64,000 nt of DNA from NCBI GenBank assembly GCA_030248215.1, contig JASANG010000440.1:62001-126000 (forward strand), in the 5' to 3' direction. The notes beneath the pieces were generated by a model. It was not told the origin of the DNA. It saw only the letters and a program-made list of their open reading frames with translations, and did no database searches. Each line of letters starts with the position of its first letter. The first letter of the stretch is position 1. Origin of the DNA: Enoplolaimus lenunculus (lineage: Eukaryota). Below, piece by piece: positions 51,531-63,449 of this stretch. The translations under genes and the position numbers were made by a program.

Positions 51531-52510
51531 CCATGTATAGAACAGGACCGTAACGGTAGCATAGCATATGCCTAAGCCCAAGCTATAAAGCGTAAAGATG
51601 AGCCTATTCCTAAACGTATGCCTAGACACTATGCCTAGTAGAACGTTAGTCTCAAGCTTAAACTGACTCTATTTTACAGCCCAGCCGGAAAATGTTACGG
51701 CCCTATTTTATACATGGGTTGCTTTGGCTATAGGGCCGCCCCTGCGTTTTGAGAAAACAAACACGAGTGCAGCACAAGACATATTTACCAGTCCTATACG
51801 AAAAAACAACGCCGTGTGGTACTTAAAAATAAAAGACAAAAATTTTAACCAAAAACTTTATGTTTAAAAATTTCAAAAGTATTGACGGTTGCTGTAAAAC
51901 TTCTCCTAGGGCAGCTGCCGTTGAAAAATTAAGGAAGAGCATTTTTGACGGCAGTCGTCTACGGTCGATGTGAAATTCCACACCCCGTACCCAAATAATT
52001 GTGGACGACGCATTAGTACATGTAGTTGAACATATGTGCAACTGGACTAAAGGCTTCTCCGGCCCTAGGCCCAACTGTACCCTAGGCCCCTGCTGTTTGA
52101 ACGCTGTAGTGCTTTGAAGATATAAAACACATCCTAAACAATAGGTATTTCCAATGCATACAGTCTAATTTGCATACGTAACGTAAACAAAAATCTGTTG
52201 AAACGCTGCCCAAAATACGTATGTATGGCCTTTCAGTAAATACAGACCACAAATACAGGTGCTGCGTTACTATGCAAACTGAGTCTTTTTAGTCATGGAT
52301 ATATTAAATATTTCCTAAATTTGAACAAATTTCAACCCCCGTTCCTAATAAATTTGAAGACCAAAAACGTAACGCGCGCGAGGAACATTATTTTCTACAC
52401 AGATTATGCCCAGTTGCGCACACTCCTGTGTAAATGGTGCTCGACACATGTTTATATGAATGCAGATGATAGTGTAAATTTCATGCTTGTATATTATTTG
52501 CGCACTTTAG

Positions 52511-53086
52511 CAGCGAGCGTCAGCGCAGGTGCACACACCCTCGTACTGATTGCAACGGAACGCTATTATGCAATCGTGAAGCCATTGAAATCGTTAACAG
52601 TGAAAACGCGTTCAACTGCACTAGTTGCAATAATCGCAGTTTGGGCTATTGCCTTCGTATTCAATATTCCGTTTGCTGTGTTCGCAAAGCGTCATCATTT
52701 GCAATTCGATCAGTACAATTGTGTTCTGCAATGGCCTTCCAAATTCGCTGCGTGGTATTTATCGGCGTTAACGGCGTTAGTGCTTGCGCTGCCTTTAGCT
52801 GCAATGACTGTTTGTTACGCGTTTGTAATACAAACTTTATGGTCTGATATTCGTGGTGTTAATACATCCACTGCTATTCAACCACGGACTGCGTCTGATG
52901 CAGTTAAACGTTTACAAATTGCAATGTTATCAAAAAATCGTTTCAGTCGCCTTAAACTTCGTACCGATTCTGATAATTGTTTAAGCAGTCGCAGATCGAA
53001 GTTTGACAAATTTTCACTGTTGCCAATTCTTACATCCACAACACAACAACGCGTCACTTATAATAATGGATACGATACAGAATCAG
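52511..53086 (+). CDS. Gene C exon 2: CCK-like GPCR (TM3-TM5, start of ICL3)
   Basis: TTTAG acceptor gives YLQ-P-ASVSAGAHTLVLIATERYYAIVKPL. TM4 Trp, ECL2 Cys and TM5 LPL..M..CY are present. Donor CAG|GTAGGT, phase 1. Confidence 0.93.
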
Positions 53087-55385
53087 GTAGGTGGTTTATG
53101 TACATGCTTGCACATATGTGAGAATTTTAGGTGCTCTATTTACATGCTTGTACATATGTGAGAATGGTTGGCGCTTTATTTACATGCTTGCACATGTGAG
53201 AGAATTGTAGGTGCTCTATTTACATGCTTGTACATATGTGAGAATGGTAGGTGCTCTATTTACATGCTTGTACATATGTGAGAATGGTAGGTGCTCTATT
53301 TACATGCTTGTACATATGTGAGAATGGTAGGTGCTCTATTTACATGCTTGCACATATGTGAGAATTGAAGGAGCTCTATTTACATGCTTGTACATATGTG
53401 AGAATGGTAGGTGCTCTATTTACATGCTTGTACATATGTGAGAATGGTAGGTGCTCTATTTACATGCTTGTACATATGTGAGAATGGTAGGTGCTCTATT
53501 TACATGCTTGTACATATGTGAGAATGGTAGGTGATCTATTTACATGCTTGCACAAATGTGAGAATGGTAGGTGCTCTACAATGGCGGATCCATGGGGGGC
53601 ACCCCGGCCGTGGCCCCCCCAACAGCATCTCGACAAAAATTCTATAGCAATTTTGTGACAATAGTTCGTGGTTTGTATGTGGGTCAAAAGTAAGTTTATT
53701 ACCTGTGAAATTTTGTCCCCCCCCATTTTAAGATCCTGGATCCGCCACTGGTGCTCTATTTACATGCTTGCACATTTGTGAGAATGGTGGGTACTCTATT
53801 TACATGCTTACGCATATGTGAGAATGGTAGGTGCTCTATTTACATGCTTGCACATATGTGAGAATGGTGGGTACTCTATTTACATGCTTACGCATATGTG
53901 AGAATGGTAGGTGCTCTATTTACATGCTTGCACATATGTGAGAATGGCAGGTGCTCTATTTATATGCTTGCACATACATGAGAACGGTAGGTGCTGTACT
54001 TGCATGTTACACATATGTGAGAATGGTAGGTGCTCAATTTACATGCTTGCACCTATGTAAGAATAGTAGGTGCTGTATTTGCATGTTACATATATGTGAG
54101 AATGGTAGGTGCCCTATTTACATGCTAGCACATATGTGAGAATGATAGGTGCTCTATTTACATGCTTGCACATATGTGAGAATTGTAGGTGCTCTATTTA
54201 CATGCTTGTACATATGTGAGAATGGTAGGTGCTGTATTTACATGCTTGCACATATGTGAGAATGGTAGGTGCTTTATTTACATGCTTGTACATATGTGAG
54301 AATGGTAGGTGCTCTATTTACATGCTTGTACATATGTGAGAATTGTAGGTGCTCTATTTACATGCTTGTACATATGTGAGAATGGTAGGTGCTCTATTTA
54401 TATGCTTGTACATATGTGAGAATGGTAGGTGCTCTATTTACATGCTTGTACATATGTGAGAATGGTAGGTGCTCTATTTACATGCTTACGCATATGTGAG
54501 AATGATAGGTGCTCTATTTACATGCTTGCACATATGTGAGAATGGCAGGTGCTCTATTTATATGCTTGCACATACATGAGAACGGTAGGTGCTGTACTTG
54601 CATGTTACACATATGTGAGAATGGTAGGTGCTCTATTTACATGCTTGCACATATGTGAGAATTGTAGGTGCTCTATTTACATGCTTGTACATATGTGAGA
54701 ATGGTAGGTGCTGTATTTACATGCTTGCACATATGTGAGAATGGTAGGTGCTCTATTTACATGCTTGTACATATGTGAGAATGGTAGGCGCTCTATTTAC
54801 ATGCTTGTACATATGTGAGAATGGTAGGTGCTCTATTTATATGCTTGTAGATATGTGAGAATGGTAGGTGCTCTATTTACATGCTCGCACACCTGTGAGA
54901 ATGGTGGGTACTCTATTTACATGCTTACGCATATGTGAGAATGGTAGGTGCTCTATTTACATGCTTGCACATATGTGAGAATGGCAGGTGCTCTATTTAT
55001 ATGCTTGCACATACATGAGAACGGTAGGTGCTGTACTTGCATGTTACACATATGTGAGAATGGTAGGTGCTCTATTTACATGCTTGCACATATGTGAGAA
55101 TTGTAGGTGCTCTATTTACATGCTTGTACATATGTGAGAATGATAGGTGCTCTATTTACATGCTTGCACATATGTGAGAATTGTAGGTGCTCTATTTACA
55201 TGCTTGTACATATGTGAGAATGGTAGGTGCTGTATTTACATGCTTGCACATATGTGAGAATGGTAGGTGCTGTATTTACATGCTTTCACATATGAGAGAA
55301 TGGTACGTGCTTTATTTAGATGATTGCACATATGTTAGAATGGTATGTGGTCTATTTCATTCTTGCACATTTGTGAGAATGTATG
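53080..55385. repeat. 40-bp minisatellite, ~50 units, filling GPCR intron 2
   Basis: Unit GAATGGTAGGTGCTCTATTTACATGCTTG(T/C)ACATATGTGA; interrupted once by a MITE. Confidence 0.97.
53579..53750. mobile_element. hAT-like MITE inserted in the 40-bp minisatellite
   Basis: 14-bp TIR CAATGGCGGATCCA / TGGATCCGCCACTG; perfect 8-bp TSD GTGCTCTA. Looser relatives at ~15105-15432, 18853, 47453-47587, 44398-44544. Confidence 0.92.
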
Positions 55386-55747
55386 TTTATATGCTTCTGA
55401 ACAAAAAAGTCAATAAAGCTTGATTTCGCAGCAAAACTTATTAGAGATTCAATACGCTTATTCCTCGTTGACTCAGGGATGAAAATAAAACATCAAATTT
55501 AAAATGTTTTAAAGTCAAATTTAGCTCAGAATGTAAAGATTTTAATCCATTGTTTAAAGTGTGGAATTGTAATAATTTATTTCAATGCTTAACGATTATC
55601 GTTATTGTTACTCAATAAATATTACTTCACCATTTTACAAACATGCCCATCTTCAAGTTGCGTTGCCTACTTGACTGCGGCATATCTCTGATAAGTTAAA
55701 ACTAAAAAAACTGTTAAATACATTTGTATTTTCGCAACCATTTTCAG

Positions 55748-56534
55748 GTGATACGGCAACTCGACCGCAAACGCCTACAATTTCAACCAACAGTGCCGCA
55801 AACTCACCAAAACTCTTTAATTCCGAACGATTACTAAAGAATAATCACGGAACTCAGAGGTCAACTCAAAATCGATTCATGTTGCCCGGTACAAGCCCGA
55901 TTAAAGTGCTTGAGACGGCTCATTATAGCGATACAAAACAAAAACACCCTTTTCCTCGCGCACCTCAAGGTAACTGCAATGACGGAATAAATACTAATCA
56001 GTGTTCAAGTAAAATAAACCAACCCTGTTGGCGACTTTGGCGACACGAGAAAATTGCTTCACACAACCAGTGCAAACAACAGCAGCGACTGAACGCGTTA
56101 GCTGATTGTGTACCAAATATTGACAGCAAAATTAATCTTCAATGCCCAAATGCTGAGAATTTACGGAAACCCGTGGATTGCAATAAATTGTCGCTTGGTA
56201 CGAGTTTAAACAATTGTGAAATGTCAGGGAAGCAATGCTGCGTAGATGAACAAACCAAGTCATATAAAGGTTGTCAAAGGCAAGAGTACCCGATGGGTGA
56301 ACTATTTCGACGGCAACCCTTAGTTCACTCAAGAAGATACACTAGCGAAGAGCAGCACAAACGACAACAACAACAACAGCAACCACAGCACCACCACCAA
56401 CATCAACAACAACAGCAGCAGCAACAACTACAACAACAACAACAACAGCAATCAACGGCAGGAGCTACTGGAACAGCAAAAACAACTACAGCAGCAGCAG
56501 CAGCAACAACTGCAACAAACACAACAGCAACAGC

Positions 56535-56630
<96 letters not shown>

Positions 56631-57312
56631 AATAGCAACAACAACAACACCAACACCTCGAAAGCGTCGCCGCGATCTGCAGCCACCATTGCTGCGATCG
56701 ACACAAACTCGGAGACACTTACTCGCCAAACGACGGCTGATCAAAATGCTCATTGTAATCGTAGTTGAATTTTTCGTTTGCTGGACGCCACTGTTCGCAT
56801 TCAATTTGCTCGATAATTTTGGATATATTCAATGGACGTCTGACAACAACAACAACAATATCAATAACGATAATGATGGTGAAGATGAAAGTATTAGTAT
56901 CGCGTACTATTTATACTCGGGTTGTTTAATGATCGCATATGCATCGTCGTGTACTAATCCGTTGACTTATTGTTTTATGAATTCACGGTTTCGAGCTGCG
57001 TTCGTAAGCGAATTTCAATGTTTTCGCCGATTAAGCCAGTCATCACAGTCAATGATGGTTGTAGTTCGAGGCGCAAAGCCACTTATCGCCACAGATACCA
57101 AGATAAATCATCAACGTAATTGCTTGGTAACAACTGGCAAAGGTGTGGCGTTGACAGGGCAACGAAGAACGTCTACACAGCTCGAACAGCAGTTTGGAGC
57201 GTCCAGTGTGACGATGAATTCAATAACTCCTACGTTTCAAGAATCTGCTTTAGGGCTTGTGGTTGTTAACGGAACTGAGAGAACATTAATGACACAGTCT
57301 GTTTTCATCTAG
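55748..57312 (+). CDS. Gene C exon 3: CCK-like GPCR (long ICL3, TM6, TM7, C-tail), ckr-like
   Basis: TTTTCAG acceptor, phase 1, in frame with ORF 55879. AKRRLIKMLIVIVVEFFVCWTP and YASSCTNPLTYCFMNSRFRAAF are CCKR/sulfakinin-receptor-type motifs. Total CDS 2547 nt = 848 aa. Confidence 0.92.
56364..56650 (+). repeat. Coding trinucleotide repeats (CAA/CAG, GCA, ACA, ACT) giving polyQ, polyA and polyT in GPCR ICL3
   Basis: Directly visible and in frame in exon 3. Confidence 0.95.
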
Positions 57313-58199
57313 AGTATGGTTTTTTTGAATTTGAAGCGAAATACGGTAGAATTTGAGGTTTTGCAATGGTAGCTATAACTTCTACAATTTTTGCTCGATC
57401 ATAACGCATTTCTTTTGAACAATACAACCAAAATGGAGTATTTATAAATGCTCTGTTTTAGGACCAAATAATTGGTTGAAAAACTAGGCTTTTACCAATG
57501 TCTTTCAGTATTCAAAATTTCGGCCGATTTTAAGGTTGTGCAATAATCGCTATTACCAAGAGTGCATGATGCCCTTTAACAAGAGTATGCAACTGTCACA
57601 TTCTGTGTAGAAAAGAATGTACCCGGCACGCGTTGCGTTTTTGGCATACCCCCCCCCCCCTCAAGGGGGGGGGGTTTGTTTTTTAAGTAAATTTTTTATT
57701 TTTGCTATTACCAACTCTGATCAACCATACTTCATTCATTTTGAACACAATACAACAGCACGCGACCCCGCTAAAAGCCGTTTCAAGGCATATGATGAGG
57801 TGAAAACTAGGCTCTCGCTAAGGCGTTCAGTATTTTCAATTTCGGGGCACAATTGGACGGCTTTTGCTATAAAACGAAAACTTTTGGCAGATTTGATCGA
57901 CCATAACTCATGAATTTTGAACGACACAATCATATGAAATATATTCTTAAATGCCATTTCAACAAATCATGCATTATTGTAACATGCAAGCAAAGAACAA
58001 GAATGTATAGAATATACTACCAAAGATTCGTCAACAACCAAGCTGGTCTGCTTTAATCCAGACTACTACCGTCATCGGTTTGGTATCAGCGTTGACGAAT
58101 TGCTACTATAGCGGTCTATGGTTTCCTGACATGTGGGTACAAACTGTATCGGTGAAAAAACAACACACCGCTTTGGCTGTTGCATGACTTGGAGATAAT

Positions 58200-59560
58200 A
58201 TTTTAGCGGCCTGCTAAAAGCTGTTTTTCCAACTCCAATAGTCGGACCAAATCTTCCATTCGAAGTTTGTTCATATGTTTCAGACTTGCAATTAAATGAG
58301 AAAATGTATTATATCCAATAACTCAACAGAAACACTATCGAAACATATCACACCATTCAAAAAATCAAAATTCCTATAGCTAGAAACAATGCCTGTGTGA
58401 AATGACAAAATGTTAACAAACAGGGTTTAGGCACGACACCGTCGATTCCGCCGATTCTGATTCGGGAGCGAGCGGAAGCGGATTCGACTCTCCACGGAAT
58501 TTGACGTAGGCTTATCCGTAGATTTACTACGACTCAAGTGATACGGCACGGAATAAGGCTTTACTAAACGGCAAGATAAGAGAAACACAATAATTCGTAC
58601 CGAAAATGCTGCTATACAAGTATTCCAATTGAAACTAATTTTTGCCCAGTACATTAGCTGTTAATGCATAATCTACACTATATCTAGTACGCATGCCAGA
58701 AATGGACAATTGAGACGTTTAAACACCACTTGTGCAATGTTCAGTGTCGACAGCCTGGGATAATTGGATGGCGATTTAGATAATAACGGAGATATTCGGC
58801 GTATAGTTTACCTAACGCAGTGTCGTTCATAGAATATCCGGGTTTATCACAGGAATTGTTTCAAAGTCAAATCCCAAACACTCTAAGATGCAGTTTTCAG
58901 ATATGACTCAATATCAGATTCAAGCATGTGCACAAATGAACGGTGCGATGGCTAATAATACATCTTCGGCAACGAATCACGTATATCTCTGTACACTTAA
59001 GTATGATACGCCAGGGGTAGACACGAATGCGCTAGGTGCTAAACCAAACACTGTTTGGAGCACGGACGAGGCCAAAAATATGGTTGTAAAACAATGTACA
59101 TAATCCTCAGACATCATCGAAATTGCCGGTGTGATGGATTCGTCGTTACGCGCATATATGTTTCCTGGTGCACTCGAAAACGAGCCTAGCAGATGTTCCA
59201 GAACGCTCTGAGGTGCATGAGAAATATGAGAATCAGTTGCGGAATTTATGCGTGAGCCAAGAATGCCATCACCACGCTCGACAGCCATTGCAGTATGCGG
59301 CTCGGACACGGAGGATAACGAGATGTACGAGAATTGACAGAAACATTTGTAGTTGGGTCGAATGCATATAAGAAGGTTAAAAATTGGTTGCAGAAATCGG
59401 TAAAAGTACAAATGGATCGTATTGAGTCACGGCAAAACGCGCGTCCTGCAACGCGAATTCAATCCACTCCAAAGCCATGAATTAACCCCCAGTCTAGTGA
59501 AATGGATCCAACAAATGTTGTTAGAAATTTGCAAAAACAGGGAAGGCCAGCATCGTAGTC
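58200..59560 (+). pseudogene. Highly decayed Ty3/Gypsy-like pol relic (RNase H and integrase-like fragments)
   Basis: Broken-frame peptides LLKAVFPTPIVGPNLPFEVCSYVSD, KWTIETFKHHLCN and SWVECI resemble Gypsy pol motifs in the expected order. By eye only. Confidence 0.35.
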
Positions 59561-59567
59561 GGATTTA

Positions 59568-61500
59568 TGCGTCATCCATTTTATCGTGTGCCCGCCGTGT
59601 GGAAAATTGACGCAACCATTTCCAAGTACGGTTTTGAAAAACGCTTCAAAAAGGAAATTGAATTTCAAAACTGTTTCAATTTCCCACAGCTATCGATTTT
59701 TTAAACTCAAGTAGTTAATTGATAACATTATTTGATCTTCAATTTACCACTAGCGATTTTTTAAACAAGGGCAATGGGAAATTGCGCCATTTTCCAAATT
59801 CAATTTCCGCTTTGCCTTGACACTGCAATTACCAAAGTGGAAATTGAAAGAGAAGCATAACGTTTGCCAATTTAACGATATTGTCCCTGTTATCGAAAAT
59901 TGAATTTACAGTTTACAATTTCAGTTGTGATATTGTCCCCAAAAAGGTTGAAATTTTGCAACTCAAAGTTCAAATTGAAGGTCAGAATGACAGTTTCTAG
60001 AAATGATGTTTGATGGGCCACCCAAGTCGCAAGGTTGAAATTGTGCGATTGAAATTGAAAGTAGGAACTGAATGTGATGGGCCTCCTAAGTTGAAATTTT
60101 GGAGAGTTTCTAGAAATGTTTTATGGGCCGCCCAAGTCGCAAGGTTGAAATTGTGCGACTGAAATTGAAAGTAGAAATTGAATGTGATGGGCCTCCTAAG
60201 TTGAAATTTGGACCCCCTTATCACACCCTCTTATTCGGGTAGTTACAATAATAAAATCATTAATATTGTACCCTATCCATTTACGGACTCTAATTAAAGA
60301 AATGAAGACGTATTGACTTATAGACTCCAAAATCAGACTATTTTCTCCTCTTTTTATTTGGGTCAGTACAGTACATAGGTTTTATTCACTGTCATTAGCA
60401 TGTGCATACTTGATATATTGAATTAATTCAGTAAAAAAACTTGGACAAAAACAATGCTAATGTAAGCGTGTAAAATAGCATAAATTACGAATTTAAATAC
60501 AAAAATCAGAAATGTTATTTATTTCGATCTGGTTGAAGTGTTAGGCATATGGGGCAAACTGAAAATACACCGAACTTTTTAAGATTTCAATGTAAACTGT
60601 TTCTTGTAGAGCTGGTAACCAAAATGACACCGTATCAAAAAAAGCATAATACCAGCTACAACGCAACGATCTAAAAACAGGTTCAGTTGTTCTCTCGAGA
60701 ACAACGTACTATCAGCTCTGAAAGCTACTTTAACGGCAGTTTTGTTAACTCAATTCATTAAATACGGCAATCTACCACCCTAAACGGCGTCTTATCCTGG
60801 TTTCTAGCTCTTTGTACATGTCAGAACGAACGTAGTCTATTTGAATCAGCTTTTAATCTGCCCCAATTCAAGGCCTGGTTTATGCCTAACATTACGTATG
60901 CAATATTTACCCCATTCAAAATCGAATATTTAGAATAAATTCAGTTGTAAACTGCGCGCATCTCTGGCTCATGGCTATGTCAAATCATCACATATACATA
61001 AACGTGAATATGCAGATAGAAAGAAAATATAAACGTATAATACATTTTAACAGGTATATTAAACCGTTGAAATTGGAGGTCAAAGGTCATGTACCTACCG
61101 CAGTGTTGCCGCTTTTATGATTTTTTCAATTTCCCACTGCCCTGCTGATTTTCAACTACCGTGAGGGAAATTGAAACTGAAATTTGGGTGCCCATTTCCC
61201 ACTGCAGTTTTGGTGACTTTTCAATTTCCTTTTCGACAGCAAATTTAGCTTATCAATTTCCTATTTAAGTTTTAAAAATGTCTCAATTTCCTACTGCTGT
61301 CCTATTTAAATTCCCTATTGGGAAATCGACACTCAAAATATCATTTCAATTTACTAGTACGGTTTGTAAATTGTCTCAATTTCCCACTAGACCAATTTTT
61401 TCAAATTAAATTTCCTTCCTGACGCGTTTTTCAAAACCGTACTTGGAAATGGTTGCGTCAATTTTCCACACGGCGGGCACACGATAAAATGGATGACGCA
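59568..61500. mobile_element. 1.93-kb non-autonomous TIR element (Harbinger-like)
   Basis: ~77-bp perfect TIR starting TGCGTCATCCATTTTATCG; TTA TSD; subterminal CAATTTCC repeats; no transposase ORF. Confidence 0.9.
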
Positions 61501-62013
61501 TTACAAAAAACACCTGATTCCCTCAGGTGGAAGATGCAACAGAGATGAATACATTTAAAGCGCCAGTTTGTAAAAACGACGAAATTTGAGAATCTACTTT
61601 GTCAAACATTTGTTGTTAACGCTTTCCTTCGGCTTAAACGGAAGTTGCAATCAGGTATGACGGAATCGTTTGAGGATTTTATGCCACCGGCCTGCGAAGT
61701 TGCAAGGACAACTCGAGCCGAGGGCTCGGAACCTGAGGTTCTAACGTTAGTTCGGAGGGTGGGCAGCCAAGATTGAATTTGGCGAAGCGAGGTAGATTGC
61801 AAAATATTCAAGAGGGTACAGGAAGGGGGATATTAAGGGTAGCCAATCAAAACCAACCCACATCTTACCGGTTGCGAACACAAGAACCCAAGCCTCAAAT
61901 CAAAATACACAAGGACAACAACGTTTGGTTGTTTTAGAAACTCAGCTGTTGTCAAGTAACGAATGGTATATATACCAGTTTGCAAGATCGAAAATATTCA
62001 CATAGACCATAGC

Positions 62014-62390
62014 CAGGGTGCCATCGGAATTATAAGATACCGTAGCCGGAAAGTTAAAAATAACGGAACCGGAGTCGTAAATGGAAAACAAGAACACTCC
62101 TTAGCGAAAAATTCATCACAAACACTATTTTATCGGCTTTAATGGTGTAAACACACCATTTAGAATGCCAAAATCTTCTGCAAACGTGTGACAAATTATA
62201 GAATATTGCATAAACTGAAAATTTTGGCAATACACGCTCAAACAATATTAGAAAAATAAGTTACAATAATATGTCAATTTCTCTTAAGTTTTCGAATGAG
62301 AATATTAATTTTAATACTTGAAATATCGGAATATTCCGTTGAAAAAATGCCGGATTTCCTTACCGGAACCGAAATTCGGGTTGCAACCTG
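62014..62390. mobile_element. hAT-like MITE (family D)
   Basis: Perfect 8-bp TSD ACCATAGC; reverse-orientation homologue of 27373-27786. Confidence 0.88.
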
Positions 62391-62863
62391 ACCATAGCCA
62401 ACTTTAGCAAACTGTTTTGAAAATTAAACAATATCAGGGATCATGCAGGCGTATCTGAAACTTTTTCTGGGGGTAAAAATTACGGTTAATGGTTGCTTTC
62501 TCGGTCGCATTAGCTGCGTTCCAGGAAAATTCATCAAATTGAAACGACACATTTCTGACCGGTACATTTTCGACTTTAGTTAAAACTCAACATAAAGCGC
62601 ATTTGATTTATTGTTTATTTTTGGCCATTTATTGAACTGCGATACGTAAGATATAAGCACCAATAAAACGCTGATGCAGTCATTATTGCGCATTTAATTG
62701 TTGAAATTGTTAATATTTGGCCAAATTGAAATGTTGAAAATAACGCCAGATAAAGAAGACATCGTATCAGCTCGGCATGAAATGAGTAAGTTCTGAAACC
62801 GAACATTACACAATACATACGTAATGGCGGCATTCTTATATTTTCTTTAAATGAAAAATGTTT

Positions 62864-63175
62864 TTCAAATTTGTCAAAAACAGATTAAAGCTTCAAATTC
62901 GTCAAAAACGGATTAAAGTTTCAAATTTGTCAAAAACGGATTAAAGTTTCAAATTTGTCAAAAACGGATTAAAGTTTCAAATTTGTCAAAAACGGATTAA
63001 AGTTTCAAATTTGTCAAAAACGGATTAAAGTTTCAAATTTGTCAAAAACGGATTAAAGTTTCAAATTTGTCAAAAACGGATTAAAGTTTCAAATTTGTCA
63101 AAAACGGATTAAAGTTTCAAATTTGTCAAAAACGGATTAAAGTTTCAAATTTGTCAAAAACGGATTAAAGTTTCT
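62864..63175. repeat. 28-bp minisatellite, ~11 copies
   Basis: Unit TTTCAAATTTGTCAAAAACGGATTAAAG. Confidence 0.97.
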
Positions 63176-63449
63176 AAACGTTTCTAGCGTAGACGGCGAG
63201 TACCTTAATACAGCAATCTGTAAACGTGAATTAATACGCAATGCTCAGCGTTTAATTATGTATGCGCAGTGCAAAATCTGTACAAGACGTCAGAGCACTC
63301 TAGAAGCGTACACCCGGTGGTCTGCCTCCGGCTCTGGCAAAAATTTGATTTTCGGCTCCGGGATATTTTTCGTCGGAGGACTGGCAATATGGGTAGTGAA
63401 ATTTTTTATATGGGGATAAAACGCAATGGGTGAAAAATGATGCCTTAAA

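Larger units (their letters stand above)
48940..52012. mobile_element. 3.07-kb non-autonomous TIR element (Harbinger-like) filling most of GPCR intron 1
   Basis: ~62-bp inverted repeats TGCGTCGTCCACAATTATTTGGGTACGGGG... at both ends; flanks TTT/TTA; contains nested MITEs. Confidence 0.8.

Noticed and set aside
53080..55385. CRISPR-like regular array (also 34732-35235 and 62864-63175)
   Set aside because: Units are contiguous with no unique spacers, there are no cas genes and the context is eukaryotic; these are minisatellites.
56403..56804. Minus-strand poly-Val/poly-Cys ORFs
   Set aside because: Antisense shadows of the coding trinucleotide repeats in GPCR exon 3.
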